From assembly GCF_006345805.1 (NCBI RefSeq), contig NC_043000.1, positions 20,708,001 through 20,772,000 on the forward strand: a stretch of DNA of 64,000 nt, written 5' to 3'. The notes beneath the pieces were generated by a model. The model did not search any database. It saw only the letters and a program-made list of their open reading frames with translations, and was not told the DNA's origin. This document shows positions 52,901 through 62,369 of this stretch, piece by piece. Position 1 is the stretch's first letter, and the number at the start of each line of letters is the position of its first letter. Source of the stretch: Octopus sinensis (taxonomy: Eukaryota). The position numbers and the translations under genes are program-made.

Positions 52901-55900
52901 GGCACTTTATTTCACGTTGCTCCAGTTCACTCAGCTGTAGAAATGAGTTGCGACGTCACAGATGCCAAGCTGTATCGGCCCCTTTGCCTTTCCCTTGGAT
53001 AACACTGGTGGCGTGGAGAGGGGAGGCTGGTATGCATGGGCGACTGCTGGCCTTTCATAAACAACCTTGCCCGGACTTGTGTCTAGGAGGGTAACTTTCT
53101 AGGTGCAATCCCATGGTCATTCATGACCGAAGGGGGTCTTTACCCCTTTTATTGTGCTTACCTCACTTTATGGCTGGTTGAATATTTTCACAATTTCTTT
53201 GACATATATTGTCATCTAATGAAGTTCTTGTCATTATTGGCAGCTTACCCTACCAAAGTGTCAGGTGATCCCTGTGAAAGTGTTTGGCTGTTCCAACACC
53301 TTAGCCTTGCCATTGCCCATGGTAATGCCACAAGCTTGTTCACTTGCTTCTGTAGGTTTCATTGAAACTTGTATACAACCAACTGAGGCAATTGGTTTTG
53401 AATTGATGACATTTTTCTCTTTGTCTTTCTTTCTTCCTCTTTTTCTTTCTTCACTTATGCTTGTTTTCTTTAGCTTTGGATCTGTATTTTAATGTGATTT
53501 TCCATTCATATATGTATCATATACATATGTGTTATATACTCTTTTTACTCTTTTACTTGTTTCAGTCATTTGACTGCGGCCATGCTGGAGCACCGCCTTT
53601 AGTCGATCAAATCGACCCCGGGACTTATTCTTTGTAAGCCCAGTACTTATTCTATTGGTCTCTTTTGCCGAACCGCTAAGTGACAGGGACGTAAACACAC
53701 CAGCATCGGTTGTCAAGCAATGCTAAGGGGACAAATACAGACGCACAAACCCACACACACATATATATATATACATATATACGACAGGCTTCTTTCAGTT
53801 TCCATCTACCAAATCCACTCACAAGGCATTGGTCGGCCCGAGGCTATAGCAGAAGACACTTGCCCAAGATGCCATGCAGTGGGACTGAACCCGGAACCAT
53901 GTGGTTGGTTAGCAAGCTACTTACCACACAGCCACTCCTGCGCCTATAAAAATATTTTTAGCACAAAATTTCAATCATTAGTATGTTGGTATTAAAAACA
54001 CAAAAAAAACAATAGGCGCAGGAGTGGCTATGTGGAAAGTACCTTGCTGACCATCCACATGGTTCCGGGTTCAGTACCACTGCATGGCACCTTGGGCAAA
54101 TGTCTTCTACTATAGCCTCGAGCCGACCATAGGCTTGTGAGTGGATTTGGTAAAAGGAAACTGAAAGAAGCCCATCATATATATGTATGTGTGTGTATTT
54201 ATATGTCTGTATTTGTCCCCCCAACATCGCTTGACAACAGATCTTTCAGCTGGTGTGTTTATGTCCCCATAACTTAGCGGGTCAGCAAAAGAGACCGATA
54301 GAATAAGTACTAGGCTTCCAAAGAATAAGTCTTAGGGTCGATTTACTCAACTAAAGGCGGTACTCCAGCATGCCCACAGTCAAATGACTGAAACAAGTAA
54401 AAGAGTACTGGGAAATAACCAAAATCAAAGTACTTACACAAATGCACTACTAGCACTGCTCATGGTACCTAGATGTTTCACCCTGTATTCATGGTACTTA
54501 AGTGCTGCACACAATGCTAACAAATAAAAAGAGTACTTTTGATATGATAAAGAAACAGAAAAACACAACATAGCACTACATGTACCCAAGGCACACGGAA
54601 ATGCACTAGGTTCCACAGTGACAGTATGCAATAACAATTATGATAATATTCTAATTTAGTCACAAGGGGTCAGCATTTTTTTTTTACCTCAGTACTCAAC
54701 TGGTGCTTTATTTTGTTGGTGCTGGAAGGATGAGCAGCAAAGTTGACTTTAATGGGAATTGAACTCAAAGGGTAAGAAGAAATATTCTTTTCTACTCTAG
54801 GCACAAGGACAGAAATTTTGGGAGAGTTGGTGGGGCAGTTGATTAGATCAACACCAGTATGCAACTGGTACTTAATTTATTGACCCCAAAAGGATGAAAG
54901 GCAAAGTTGACCTTGGCAGAATTTGAACTCAAAACATAAAGACAGACAAAATACTGCTAAGTGTTTCGCCTGGTGTGCTAACGTTTCTTATTTTTTTACT
55001 ACCCACAAGGGGCTACACACAGAGGGGACAAATAAGGACAGACAAATGGATTAAGTCAACTATATCGACCCCAGTGCATAACTGGTACTTATATAATCAA
55101 CCCCCAAAAGATGAAAGGCAAAGTCGACCTCAGCGGAATTTGAACTCAGAATGTAGTGGCAGACGAAATACAGCTAAGCATTTCGCCCAGCGTGCTAACG
55201 TTTCTGCCAGCTCACCACTTTAGGAAGAAGAAATATTCTTTTCTACTCAAGGCACAAGGCCCGAAATTTTTGGGGAGTGGCCAGTTGATTAGATCAACCC
55301 CAGTACGCAATTGGTACTTAATTTATCAACCCTGGAAGGATGAAAGGCAAAGTTGACCTTGGCAGAATTTGAACTCAAAACGAAAAAGATAGATGAAATA
55401 CTGCTAAGTATTTCACCCAGCGTGCTAACGTTTCTACTAGTTCGCAGCCTTAGTAAGAAGGAATATTGCAAAGCATTTTTACTGATCCTCTAATAATTCA
55501 GCCAATTCACTATAATTAAATATGGAAACACAACAATACATGTACCCAAGATGCACTAAGATGCACAGGGAAAGCACACAATAATAATAATAATCGTTTA
55601 ACGTCCATTTTCTATGCTAGCATGGGTTGGACGGTTGCACCAAGCTCCAGTCTGATCTGGCAGTGTTTCTACAGCTGGATGCCCTTCCTAATGCCAACCA
55701 CACTGTGAGTGTAGTGGGTGCTTTTTAGTTGCCGCCGGCACAGGTGCCAGGGGAGGCTGGCAACGACCACGATCGGTTGGTGCTTTTTATGTGCTACCAG
55801 CACGGATGCTAGTCAAGGTAGCGCTGGCAATCAGCCACGTTTGGATGGTGCTTTTTACGTGCCACCAGCCCAGAGGCCAGAGGAGTCTGGCAACAGCCAC

Positions 55901-58900
55901 GATCAGTTAGTGTTTTTTTACGTGCCACCAGCACAGACGCCAGTCAAGGCGGCGCTGTCAATCAGCCCCGTTTGGATGGTGCTTTTTACATTCCACCGGC
56001 ACGAGTATCACAACTAATACTATCAAATTTTGTGACAAGGCCAGCAATTTCGAGATGGTGGGGGGGGGGGCCGTTAGATGATTACATCAAGGCCAGTCTT
56101 CAATTGGAACTTATTTTATCAACCCTGAAAGGATGAAAAGCAAAGTCAACCTTGATGGAATTTGAACACAGAACATCAGGCAGACGAAATACCACAAATC
56201 ATTCTGTTCAGTGTGCTGATTCTGACAGCTTGCTACCTTTACGTTCCAATATACTAATCATAAAAACGTCTGCTGTACATCTTCATATGAATTTGTGGCT
56301 ATTTGCCATGATAAAAATGTCATTACTAGTTTTGTTGTTGCTGTAGTTATTTCTTAATTGGCCCTGAAGCTTCAGTGTTACACGAGAAGTGAGTTCAAAG
56401 AAATCAACTCATCACTAAAGAAAAGCCATTTTAATAAAGAAGCAAACTCTGCACATTGTGTTGTTTATGGCCTGTCATGTAACGATGATGGTAACGATTA
56501 CAATAACAAGGGTGGTGGTGGTGGCAGCAGCGGCGGCAGTGGTGGTGGTGGAACAATGAGATGATGATGACAAGGGTGGTGTTGGTGGTGTTATTGCTGG
56601 CAATGGTGTTGATAATAGGATTTGACTCTGCATTTGATAACTTTAAAAAGAAATGTTTTTAGTAGAATATCTTTGACTCCAACATGGTGGGTGGTCAGCC
56701 TGACTACCAAAAGACAATGACATTTCAGCCCTTTTTCTTTTCTTTTTTTTTTTTTTGCACCCCCCAACCCGCCACCTCTTCCTCACCCTCATCGATATTA
56801 TCACCACAACCACCATCATCGTCTTTATCAAAATTGACAACTTCCTGTCGTTCACTCACATTCAATAAGCTGTTTCTATAACACAAAGCTTATTCAATCA
56901 AAGCAGAAAGTTTCTTAGCAGACTAAATAATACATTAGCAACAATGCTACTGAAAGAATAATGGAATAACATTATTATAGTCATTATGAGCTTGTCTTTA
57001 TAGCTTCAGTATTATTTTCACACAATAGTTATACTACTGCTATCAAATAATGTAAGATTTTAATCCTGTTAATTGTGGGAGACTTCAATAAGCAATTTAC
57101 CAAAAGTATACTAAGATGTCATCATTAAGTGACAATAATTATCAAAACCAGTTTTTAAGTATAAAAATTCAGTTTTAAAATTTCCGCAATATTTAAAAAT
57201 TTTCACAATATTTTTTTCAATTAGAGTAACATTCAGATATTAATTAGCATAACTAAAGGGTTAATAATCAGATTCATGGTTAATATTCGAACAAAAGAAA
57301 CATCATCATCATCATCATTTAACATCCGTTTTCCATCCTGACATGGATTGGACAGTTTGACTGGGAATTGGCAAGCCAGGATGCCACACTAGGCCCCAGT
57401 CTGATCTGACAATGTTTTTACAGCTGGATGCCCTTCCTAATGCCAACCACTCCGAGAGTATAGTGAGTGCTTTTTACATTCCACTGGCATGGGAGCCAGT
57501 CAGGCAGCACTGGCATCACCAAGCACCACCAAGCTCCAATGGTTTCTATGACTGGATGCCCTTCCTAAAGCCAACCACATTACAGTGTGCTGGGTGCTAT
57601 TTCCTTGGCACCAGTTCCAGTGCTTTATATATGGCATGAGCACAGGTGCTTTTTAAAATGGTACCAGCCATAGATTTTAATTCAAGTCACTTTAAATCAG
57701 TAAGCTTGTCATAAAATCAGGGACAATCTCAAGCAGGTTGATGCCAAAGGAGTTAAAGTAAATTGTTGCTGGTTGTACAATTTGAACCAAGCTAAATTCC
57801 AGCACAACAAGTATTACTAGTTTTTTTTCATAGACTCCATAGTAACACCATCTAGGTGTTAATTGTATAAAAACACATTTAAAATTATTGAATCAAACAG
57901 CAGCAGCAAGCTAGTAGAATCATTAGCACAGTGGACAAAATACTTAGTGGCTTTCTTCCAGCTTTATACTCTGAGTTCAAATTCCATCAAAGCTGACTTT
58001 GCCCTCCATCCTTTCATAGTCAATAAAATAAGTACCACTTGAACACTGTGGTCAATGTAATTGACAAGACCCCTCTCTGAAAAGTTCTGGCTTTGTTTTT
58101 AAAGTAGAAAGAAAATTACAGAATCAAACTTTGTTTTTGTGTCCTTTTCCACAGATGTGATTTTGGTTTTTCCGGAGAATCTTGTGCCTTCCCTGTAGTA
58201 CCCAACCCATCACTCTTACTAGAGATGTTTGTTTCACCAACTGTTCTACAAAGTTCCTCACAGCTGGCAGTTAAAGGAGCAGAGCTGAATTATAAATGTG
58301 GAGTACTCTCAACTGGAAAGGCACTTGTTTTCAACAAAGGCGGTCGTCGAGAACTGGTGACAACTGACATGAACACAACCACAATCAGGTTTCAATCAAG
58401 CTTTTCTTTGTTTCATTTCTATTTATTTTATATTTTTACTTGATAACTATAACTGATTCTTGCAGTAAAATAATTCAAATGATTTAGGGAATTTCAAATT
58501 TGAATACATCTAATTAGGCAGTTGTAATTTCAAATGGTGCTGATTTATTAACATACACACATGATGGGCTTCTTTCAGTTTCCATCTTCAAGTCCACTCA
58601 CCAGGCTTGGTCAGCCTAGGGCTATAGTATGACACTTGCCCAAGGTGACATACCATGACACTGAACCCAAAACCAGATGGCTGGGAAGCAAACTTCTTAA
58701 GTACACACCCAAGTGTATGAGTGTATAAATTTATCCAATAGAAGAAACAAGAAATTGTCTGATTCTGTTTTTTGTGACAATTCTTTTAAATTCTTTTATA
58801 CAGATTATAGATTATCTTCTAATAGCAATCATTATAAATAATGATTATGATTAAGTAGATATATTTCAGTAAGACACTATCATATTCCAAACAGAACAAT

Positions 58901-59180
58901 CAAAACAAGCAAAAAAACTTGGATTATCAAGAATTAATTCCTGAAAAATAATTCTCCCTTCCTTGATATAATAAAGTCAAAGTTTTTCATATACTAAAGT
59001 AAGAATTATGAATAAATGGTGCAGGATTGGGTGTGTGGTAAGTAGCTTGCTTATCAACCACATGGTTCTGGGTTCATTCCCAGTGCATGGCGCCTTGGGC
59101 TAGTGTCTTCAACTATAGCCTTGGGCCGACCAAAGCCTTGTGAGTGGATTTGGTAGACGGAAACTGAAGGAAGCCCATCG

Positions 59181-59219
<39 letters not shown>

Positions 59220-61500
59220 CTGTGTTTGTCCCCCCCCCCCCAACATCGCTTGACAACCGATGGTGGTGTGTTTACTTCCTTGTAACTTAGCAGTTCAGCA
59301 AAAGAGACCAACAGAATAAGTACTAGGCTTACAAAGAATAAGTCCTGGGGTTGATTTGCTCGACTAAAGGCGGTGCCCCAGCATGGCTGCAGTCAAATGA
59401 CTGAAACAAGTAAAAGAGTAAATGAATTATCTATCTTCTGTAAAACAATATCTGAAGGTATGCAGTCTAGTGGTTAGGGTGTTGCACTCATGACTGCAAA
59501 TTCATGGTTTCAATTCCCAGACCAGGTAGTCTGTTGTGTTCTTGAGCAAGACACTTCATTTTATGTTGTTCCAGTCCACTCAGTTGTAAATCAGTAAGTA
59601 TGTGATGGACAGGCATCCTGTTCAAGGGAAATGTGACCTTGTTTACTTAAACGCCATGTGAAACAGATAATTGGTCCTATGAGTTGAAGGACTGGAAATG
59701 ATAATGCCCATGAAACAAAATACAATGAAAAAGAATTTTAAATCATCATCGTTTAACGTCTGCTTTCCATGCTAGCATGAGTTGGACGATTTGACTGAGG
59801 ACTGGCGAACCAGATGGCTGCACCGGGCTTCAATCTTGATCTGGCAGAGTTTCTTCAGCTGGATGCCCTTCTTAACACCAACCACTCCAAGAGTGTAGTG
59901 GGTGCTTTTACGTGCCACCAGCACGGGGCCATTCAGGCGGTACTGGCAACGACCTCACTCGAATCTTTTACACATGCCACCAGCACAGGTGCCAGTAAGG
60001 CGATGCTGGTAACAATCACGCTCGAATAGTGTCTTTTACGTGCCACCGGCATGGAGGCCAGATAGCCGCTCTGGCAACGATCATGCTTGGATGGTGCTCT
60101 TTAAGGTGATGCTGGTAACGACCATGCTCGAATGGTGCCTTTTAAGTGCCACTGGCATGGAAGCCGGTTAGCCACTCTGTCAATGATCACACTCGTATGG
60201 TGCTCTTTGCACCCCATTAGCACGGACACCTGTCATCAATATATAGTTTTTAGCATTCCATTGTAAGGAAGAAATGGCAAGTAAGTTAAATGTTTCAGAC
60301 ACTTGTCCATTGAATGAGAAAAAGGAGAGAAAGATGGAAAAAGTAAAAGAAAAAAAAAATTGAGAGAAAATTGTGGAAATGGCATATTGTTAACTCACAT
60401 CATCTTTCCATGATTAATTACTCTACTATGGACATTGAACACAAAACCTGCAACACTGTTTAGTCCATCCATACTTCAATTTCATTAATTTTTGTAATAT
60501 TATAGTATTCTGTAAAAGAATTATTGCAAGCATGCATTTAGAGTCAGAGCTTGAGTAATTAGAATTAAACACCAGATCCAATTAGTCAAATTGGTGTGCC
60601 CTTGAGAATGAAAAAAGAATCTCATGGCTTTATACTAAAAAAAAATGTGACTTATTTTCTCATCACTCTTACAATACATACCAAACCAAGCAGAGCTTTA
60701 TCTGTTTTTCATTTTTTTTTCAAATTTACACATGTATTTATCCAAAACAATTTCACAAATATTAACAATATTGAAAGATTATTTTTTCTGCTGAAACGGT
60801 ACAATATTTCATTCCAGCATTTTCATTCTAAGGACTCTACTGAGTATTTACAAAGAGGATGAGATTTTCCCCACACATCACAACACACAACCTTTGCTAA
60901 CACTTCATATTTTTTTCATTTCTTTATTAATAGATTTGCTATAATGCATATGGACCCCTTTATTATGAATAGGGACAATTATTCTTAAAAACCCATGTGA
61001 TCTAGCTTATGATTCGAGATGGTCAAAGACGTTTGACATTCATGCAGTAGATTTATTAATGTTATCTAACATTATATTATCAATCTCCTATAAAATAAAT
61101 TAACATGAGTATTAGTATATTGCAAATGGGAACTTAAATGTGAGTATCCAGTTCTTAGTCTTTTACTGGTTTCTGTCATTTGACTGCAGCCATGCTGAGG
61201 TACTGTTGAATACACACATACATACACATACATTTGAGGGAGGGAGAGAGAGATGTTATAATAGGCAGCATACTATATATATCTTGGGTTTTAGAATAGA
61301 CACAACATGTCCTCCTGTGTGTTTAAGTGTCATGTAAAATAAACAAAATATTAGGTTGGCAACGAGAAGGGAATCTTGCCATAAAAAAAACTGCCTTAGA
61401 AAATCCACCCAGCTCATGTTAACTTGGAAGAGCAGACATGATGATATATATATACACACATGCACATATACATATATACGTGTGTGTGTGTATATGTGTA

Positions 61501-61570
<70 letters not shown>

Positions 61571-62369
61571 TGGATAGGCAGGTAGGTAGGTAGATAGATA
61601 TGTGGGTAGGTAGGTCGGCGGGTAGATAGATAGATAGATATAGATTGATTGATAGACAGATAGATAGATATAGATAAATATTGATAGATAGACAGATAGA
61701 TAGATATAGATAAATATAGATAGATAGATTGAATGATAGATTGATTGATTGATTGATTGATAGATAGGTTGATTGATAGATATAGATAGGTTGATTGATA
61801 GATAGATAGATATAGATTGATAGATAGGTTGATAGATAGATAGGTGGGTAGGTAGATAGATAGACAGATAGGTAGGTAAGTGGGTAGGTCGATAGGTAGG
61901 TGGGTAGGTAGATAGATAGATATGGCTATATTTGTGTGTGTATGAATGCACATACACTTTTATAGCTTCAGACTGACCATTGCTGTTTGAGTCCAAGGCT
62001 ACAGTAGAAGACACTTGTCCAAGATATTGCTCAATGGGATCAAACCTGGAACCATGTGGTTGCAAACTAAACAACTTAACCACACAGCTATGCTTGTACT
62101 AATATATAAAACAATTCCAAACTAAAATTTTCCTGTTATTTAACCAACACATTTATTTATTGAACATAATGCACTTTACATCAAAATATATCACTTATCG
62201 GTTTCAGATTTTTACAGTTCCACATACGTGTTGGCAGCAACTCTTATATATCTGAATGCCGCCCTCCTGATAGAATGTCGGAGTCAGTTTTTCTGGAATA
62301 TTCTTGCAATGGCGGCATAACCTGGAATTTACTTAAAATGTTTGCAGACGAAATGTATAAAACACCACA
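256..62369 (+). CDS. RELN: Reelin orthologue, partial: 13 internal coding exons spliced in one frame; the gene extends beyond both window ends
   Basis: Manual exon joining gives a continuous frame with matching intron phases at all 12 junctions. Motifs recognised by eye as reelin-like: [35 protein letters not shown] (Asp-box), VRFRW...WALDN, EGF-like [63 protein letters not shown]. No database search was run. Confidence 0.96.
640..1735 (-). pseudogene. Decayed Tc1/mariner-superfamily transposase, interrupted by a MITE fragment at 1111-1343
   Basis: Minus-strand translation gives [59 protein letters not shown] and [12 protein letters not shown], with stops and frameshifts. Confidence 0.85.
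1111..1343 (+). mobile_element. Truncated copy of the MITE at 10263-10598
   Basis: About 230 bp closely matching the left part of 10263-10598; the right TIR is absent. Confidence 0.8.
1970..2640. repeat. Long compound (TA)n/(TATATG)n microsatellite
   Basis: Directly visible; it generates the spurious I/Y/C/M ORFs. Confidence 0.99.
2825..2885 (-). ncRNA. Type I hammerhead-ribozyme-like motif (Penelope-like/retrozyme type)
   Basis: Minus strand reads UUGAG-CUGACGA-[stem II region]-GAA-ACGUUAACGU-U-CUCAA: 5-bp stem I, intact core, palindromic stem III, GUU cleavage triplet. The base of stem II is an A-A mismatch. Confidence 0.6.
3216..3342. repeat. Near-perfect palindrome: 61-bp arms, 5-nt loop, one mismatch
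   Basis: 3216-3276 is the reverse complement of 3282-3342. Confidence 0.95.
4133..4577 (+). mobile_element. SINE family A (tRNA-like head, internal (TA)n/(TG)n tract, AAAAGAGT tail). About 20 copies or fragments, e.g. 10837-11205(+), 17606-17940(-), 29845-30220(+), 41357-41745(+), 51144-51562(-), 53530-53945(-), 54014-54345(+), 59020-59420(+)
   Basis: Recurrent ~400-bp sequence beginning aggagtggctgtgtggtaag, with A/B-box-like motifs, on both strands. Confidence 0.9.
4851..5229 (-). mobile_element. Non-autonomous Helentron/DINE-1-like element; relatives at 36802-37161(+) and 48272-48806(+)
   Basis: Shared ACTAGCA..TATCGCCCGGCGTTGCTCGGG start, (CA)n near the end, and TATATAG..AT terminus. 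The class assignment is by resemblance only. Confidence 0.6.
5395..5905 (+). mobile_element. Two tandem tRNA-derived SINEs (families D and G); others at 11633-11886(-), 40181-40475(+), 44965-45260(-)
   Basis: Heads TGGCTTAGTGGTT / TGGCCCAGTGGAT with GTTTCGATTCC B-box, shared gcgatggactggcgtcc block and ggaaaccgggcccatgagcc tail. Confidence 0.85.
7058..7109 (+). CDS. RELN: Reelin exon (52 nt, phase 0-1): [17 protein letters not shown]
   Basis: tttgcattacag acceptor, gtaagt donor. Resembles TTGLNTTTASVLQFSI; phases fit both neighbours. Confidence 0.9.
8340..8439 (+). CDS. RELN: Reelin exon (100 nt, phase 1-2): [32 protein letters not shown]
   Basis: Pyrimidine tract plus ttcag acceptor, gtaagt donor; the frame continues into the next exon. 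Confidence 0.88.
9211..9357. mobile_element. Small GC-rich MITE-like element
   Basis: Imperfect TIRs cactagcatagct / agcttcgctagta; no clear TSD. Confidence 0.45.
10263..10598. mobile_element. MITE with ~65-bp terminal inverted repeats
   Basis: ttttcactttgaccggcagattttaaaaataattttttgtaactaaacacttttaaacttcg at the left end and its reverse complement at 10531-10595. Confidence 0.88.
12132..12435 (+). CDS. RELN: Reelin exon (304 nt, phase 2-0): [15 protein letters not shown]...[40 protein letters not shown]
   Basis: T-rich tag acceptor, gtaagt donor; reelin motifs CWALDN and WLFFPGA are present. Confidence 0.95.
12624..14916 (-). repeat. Family F ~550-bp interspersed repeat with (AAT)n tail: older copy 12624-13170, then a 589-bp tandem array (13632-14220, 14221-14809, partial 14810-14916)
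   Basis: Direct alignment by eye; period exactly 589 bp; about 3 substitutions between units 1 and 2. Confidence 0.92.
13197..13402 (+). mobile_element. SINE family C (CORE-like). Clusters at 13197-13620, 14955-15535(+), 54670-55450(-), 62690-63222(-), plus dispersed copies
   Basis: Head ggcggtgagctggcagaa; central ctttcatcctttcggggtcgataaattaagtaccagt resembling the CORE domain; (ATT)n tails. Confidence 0.8.
15855..16006 (+). CDS. RELN: Reelin exon (152 nt, phase 0-2): [50 protein letters not shown]
   Basis: tttcag acceptor, gtaagg donor. Resembles HSCQSDGNSIYF...DVDLS...EEFE. Confidence 0.92.
16788..17273. mobile_element. GC-rich foldback element (whole-element palindrome centred near 17003)
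   Basis: Left arm gtgggatgacgtcagcagctgggg...; the right arm is its reverse complement with two short internal duplications. A half copy lies at 45644-45868. Confidence 0.88.
18050..20070 (+). mobile_element. Degenerate CR1/L2-like LINE ORF2 (RT and C-terminal remnants), interrupted by a hAT MITE
   Basis: Frames read [16 protein letters not shown] (YADD-like) and LWNSFP...LQLFK, with many frameshifts. Confidence 0.65.
19316..19611. mobile_element. hAT (Charlie/Buster-like) MITE, 296 bp
   Basis: TIRs cagtggttcccaaa / tttaggaaccactg; 8-bp TSD ctctaaat (19308-19315) / ctctagat (19612-19619). Confidence 0.85.
20070..20718 (+). mobile_element. Two tandem family B elements (RTE-LINE 3' ends with ~60-bp tandem units and (GAT)n tail). 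More than 20 copies, e.g. 25865-26325(+), 28480-28790(+), 30865-31215(-), 31670-32078(+), 32970-33375(+), 55590-56015(-), 59745-60235(-), 63290-63600(-)
   Basis: Constant 3' block gagtggttggcgttaggaagggcatccagctgtag...aaacgatgatgat; variable 5' truncation; variable number of tggcacataaaaagcacc units. Confidence 0.88.
21762..21913 (+). CDS. RELN: Reelin exon (152 nt, phase 2-1): [50 protein letters not shown]
   Basis: ttcaag acceptor, gtaagt donor. Resembles GERKLCTPSMD...LRFYF. Confidence 0.92.
22107..22470 (+). mobile_element. 5'-truncated L1/Tx1-like LINE 3' end inserted in a family A SINE head
   Basis: Reads [27 protein letters not shown] then a UTR; 16-bp TSD ccac(a/t)tggttccgggt at 22091-22106 and 22471-22486. 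The clade call is by resemblance. Confidence 0.55.
22870..23155 (+). mobile_element. Probable decayed RTE-like LINE C-terminal fragment
   Basis: [11 protein letters not shown]...[17 protein letters not shown] remnants with frameshifts. Confidence 0.4.
26812..26975 (-). mobile_element. Penelope-like terminal fragment with a hammerhead-like motif, inserted in the (TA)n tract of a family A SINE
   Basis: Minus strand reads CCGACGA-A-GAGC-UCC-GCUC-GAAA-CGUCA...UGAGCGUC; SINE halves flank it on both sides. Confidence 0.5.
30558..30670 (+). CDS. RELN: Reelin exon (113 nt, phase 1-0): [37 protein letters not shown]
   Basis: aatag acceptor, CAG/gtaaaa donor. This is the only candidate I found that bridges phase 1 to phase 0; similarity is weak but colinear. 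Confidence 0.82.
32939..33568. mobile_element. TTAA-flanked (piggyBac-like) MITE interrupted by a family B element
   Basis: TTAA|ccctttcattac ... gtaacataagga|TTAA. Confidence 0.55.
35215..35435 (+). CDS. RELN: Reelin exon (221 nt, phase 0-2): [13 protein letters not shown]...[10 protein letters not shown]...[18 protein letters not shown]
   Basis: aacag acceptor, gtaagt donor; VWAID and QFSLN-CG motifs. Confidence 0.95.
39675..40050 (-). mobile_element. CR1-like LINE 3' end with (ATT)n tail
   Basis: Minus frame reads RVAEAWNKL...[13 protein letters not shown]. The same 3' UTR end occurs on + at about 36110-36190. Confidence 0.65.
42445..42672 (+). mobile_element. Family C SINE inserted into a family A SINE
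   Basis: 16-bp TSD ggaaactgaaagaagc at 42429-42444 and 42673-42688. Confidence 0.9.
43866..43994 (+). CDS. RELN: Reelin exon (129 nt, phase 2-2): [42 protein letters not shown]
   Basis: ttacag acceptor, gtaagt donor; Asp-box/BNR motif S-x-D-x-G-x-T-W. Confidence 0.96.
44172..44412. repeat. Degenerate (AAT)n microsatellite in the shortest intron (768 bp)
   Basis: Directly visible; source of the poly-N/poly-I ORFs. Confidence 0.97.
44763..44869 (+). CDS. RELN: Reelin exon (107 nt, phase 2-1): [35 protein letters not shown]
   Basis: tttcag acceptor, gtaagt donor; typical reelin RFRW...WALDN end of subrepeat. Confidence 0.96.
49950..50785 (-). mobile_element. RTE-clade LINE 3' fragment: ORF C-terminus contiguous with the family B sequence
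   Basis: Minus frame reads HGNETWA...[10 protein letters not shown]...WYGHV...[12 protein letters not shown], followed without a break by tandem units and the (GAT)n tail. Confidence 0.85.
50991..52057. mobile_element. AT-rich foldback/MITE palindrome centred near 51717, with a family A SINE (51144-51562) in the left arm
   Basis: tattgaaggaaagaaaatggagaaaaag... matches the reverse complement ending ...tttctttccttcaata; the inner arms 51563-51715 and 51720-51875 also pair. Confidence 0.88.
52612..52675 (+). CDS. RELN: Reelin exon (64 nt, phase 1-2): [21 protein letters not shown], first half of the EGF-like module
   Basis: ttttctaaaag acceptor, gtaagt donor; EGF cysteine spacing. Confidence 0.93.
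52803..53146 (+). mobile_element. tRNA-derived SINE family E; another copy at 23160-23492(-)
   Basis: tggctcagtggttagagcg A-box, gctcgaatccc B-box, tail catgaccgaagggg; the two copies align. Confidence 0.82.
53230..53350 (+). mobile_element. Probable CRE-like (restriction-like endonuclease) non-LTR retrotransposon C-terminal remnant
   Basis: [21 protein letters not shown] resembles the FQRLSxAxQRGNA motif. Confidence 0.5.
58155..58388 (+). CDS. RELN: Reelin exon (234 nt, phase 2-2): [10 protein letters not shown]...[38 protein letters not shown]
   Basis: ttttccacag acceptor, AG/gtttca donor (weak). Strong similarity to [22 protein letters not shown]. Confidence 0.95.
61440..61930. repeat. 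(TA)n followed by (GATA)n/(GGTA)n/(GATT)n compound microsatellite
   Basis: Directly visible; source of the 275-aa and 144-aa spurious ORFs. Confidence 0.98.
62208..62369 (+). CDS. RELN: Reelin exon (162 nt, phase 2-2): [53 protein letters not shown]
   Basis: tttcag acceptor, gtaaat donor; FLQF and Asp-box-like YSCNGGITW. Confidence 0.95.
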
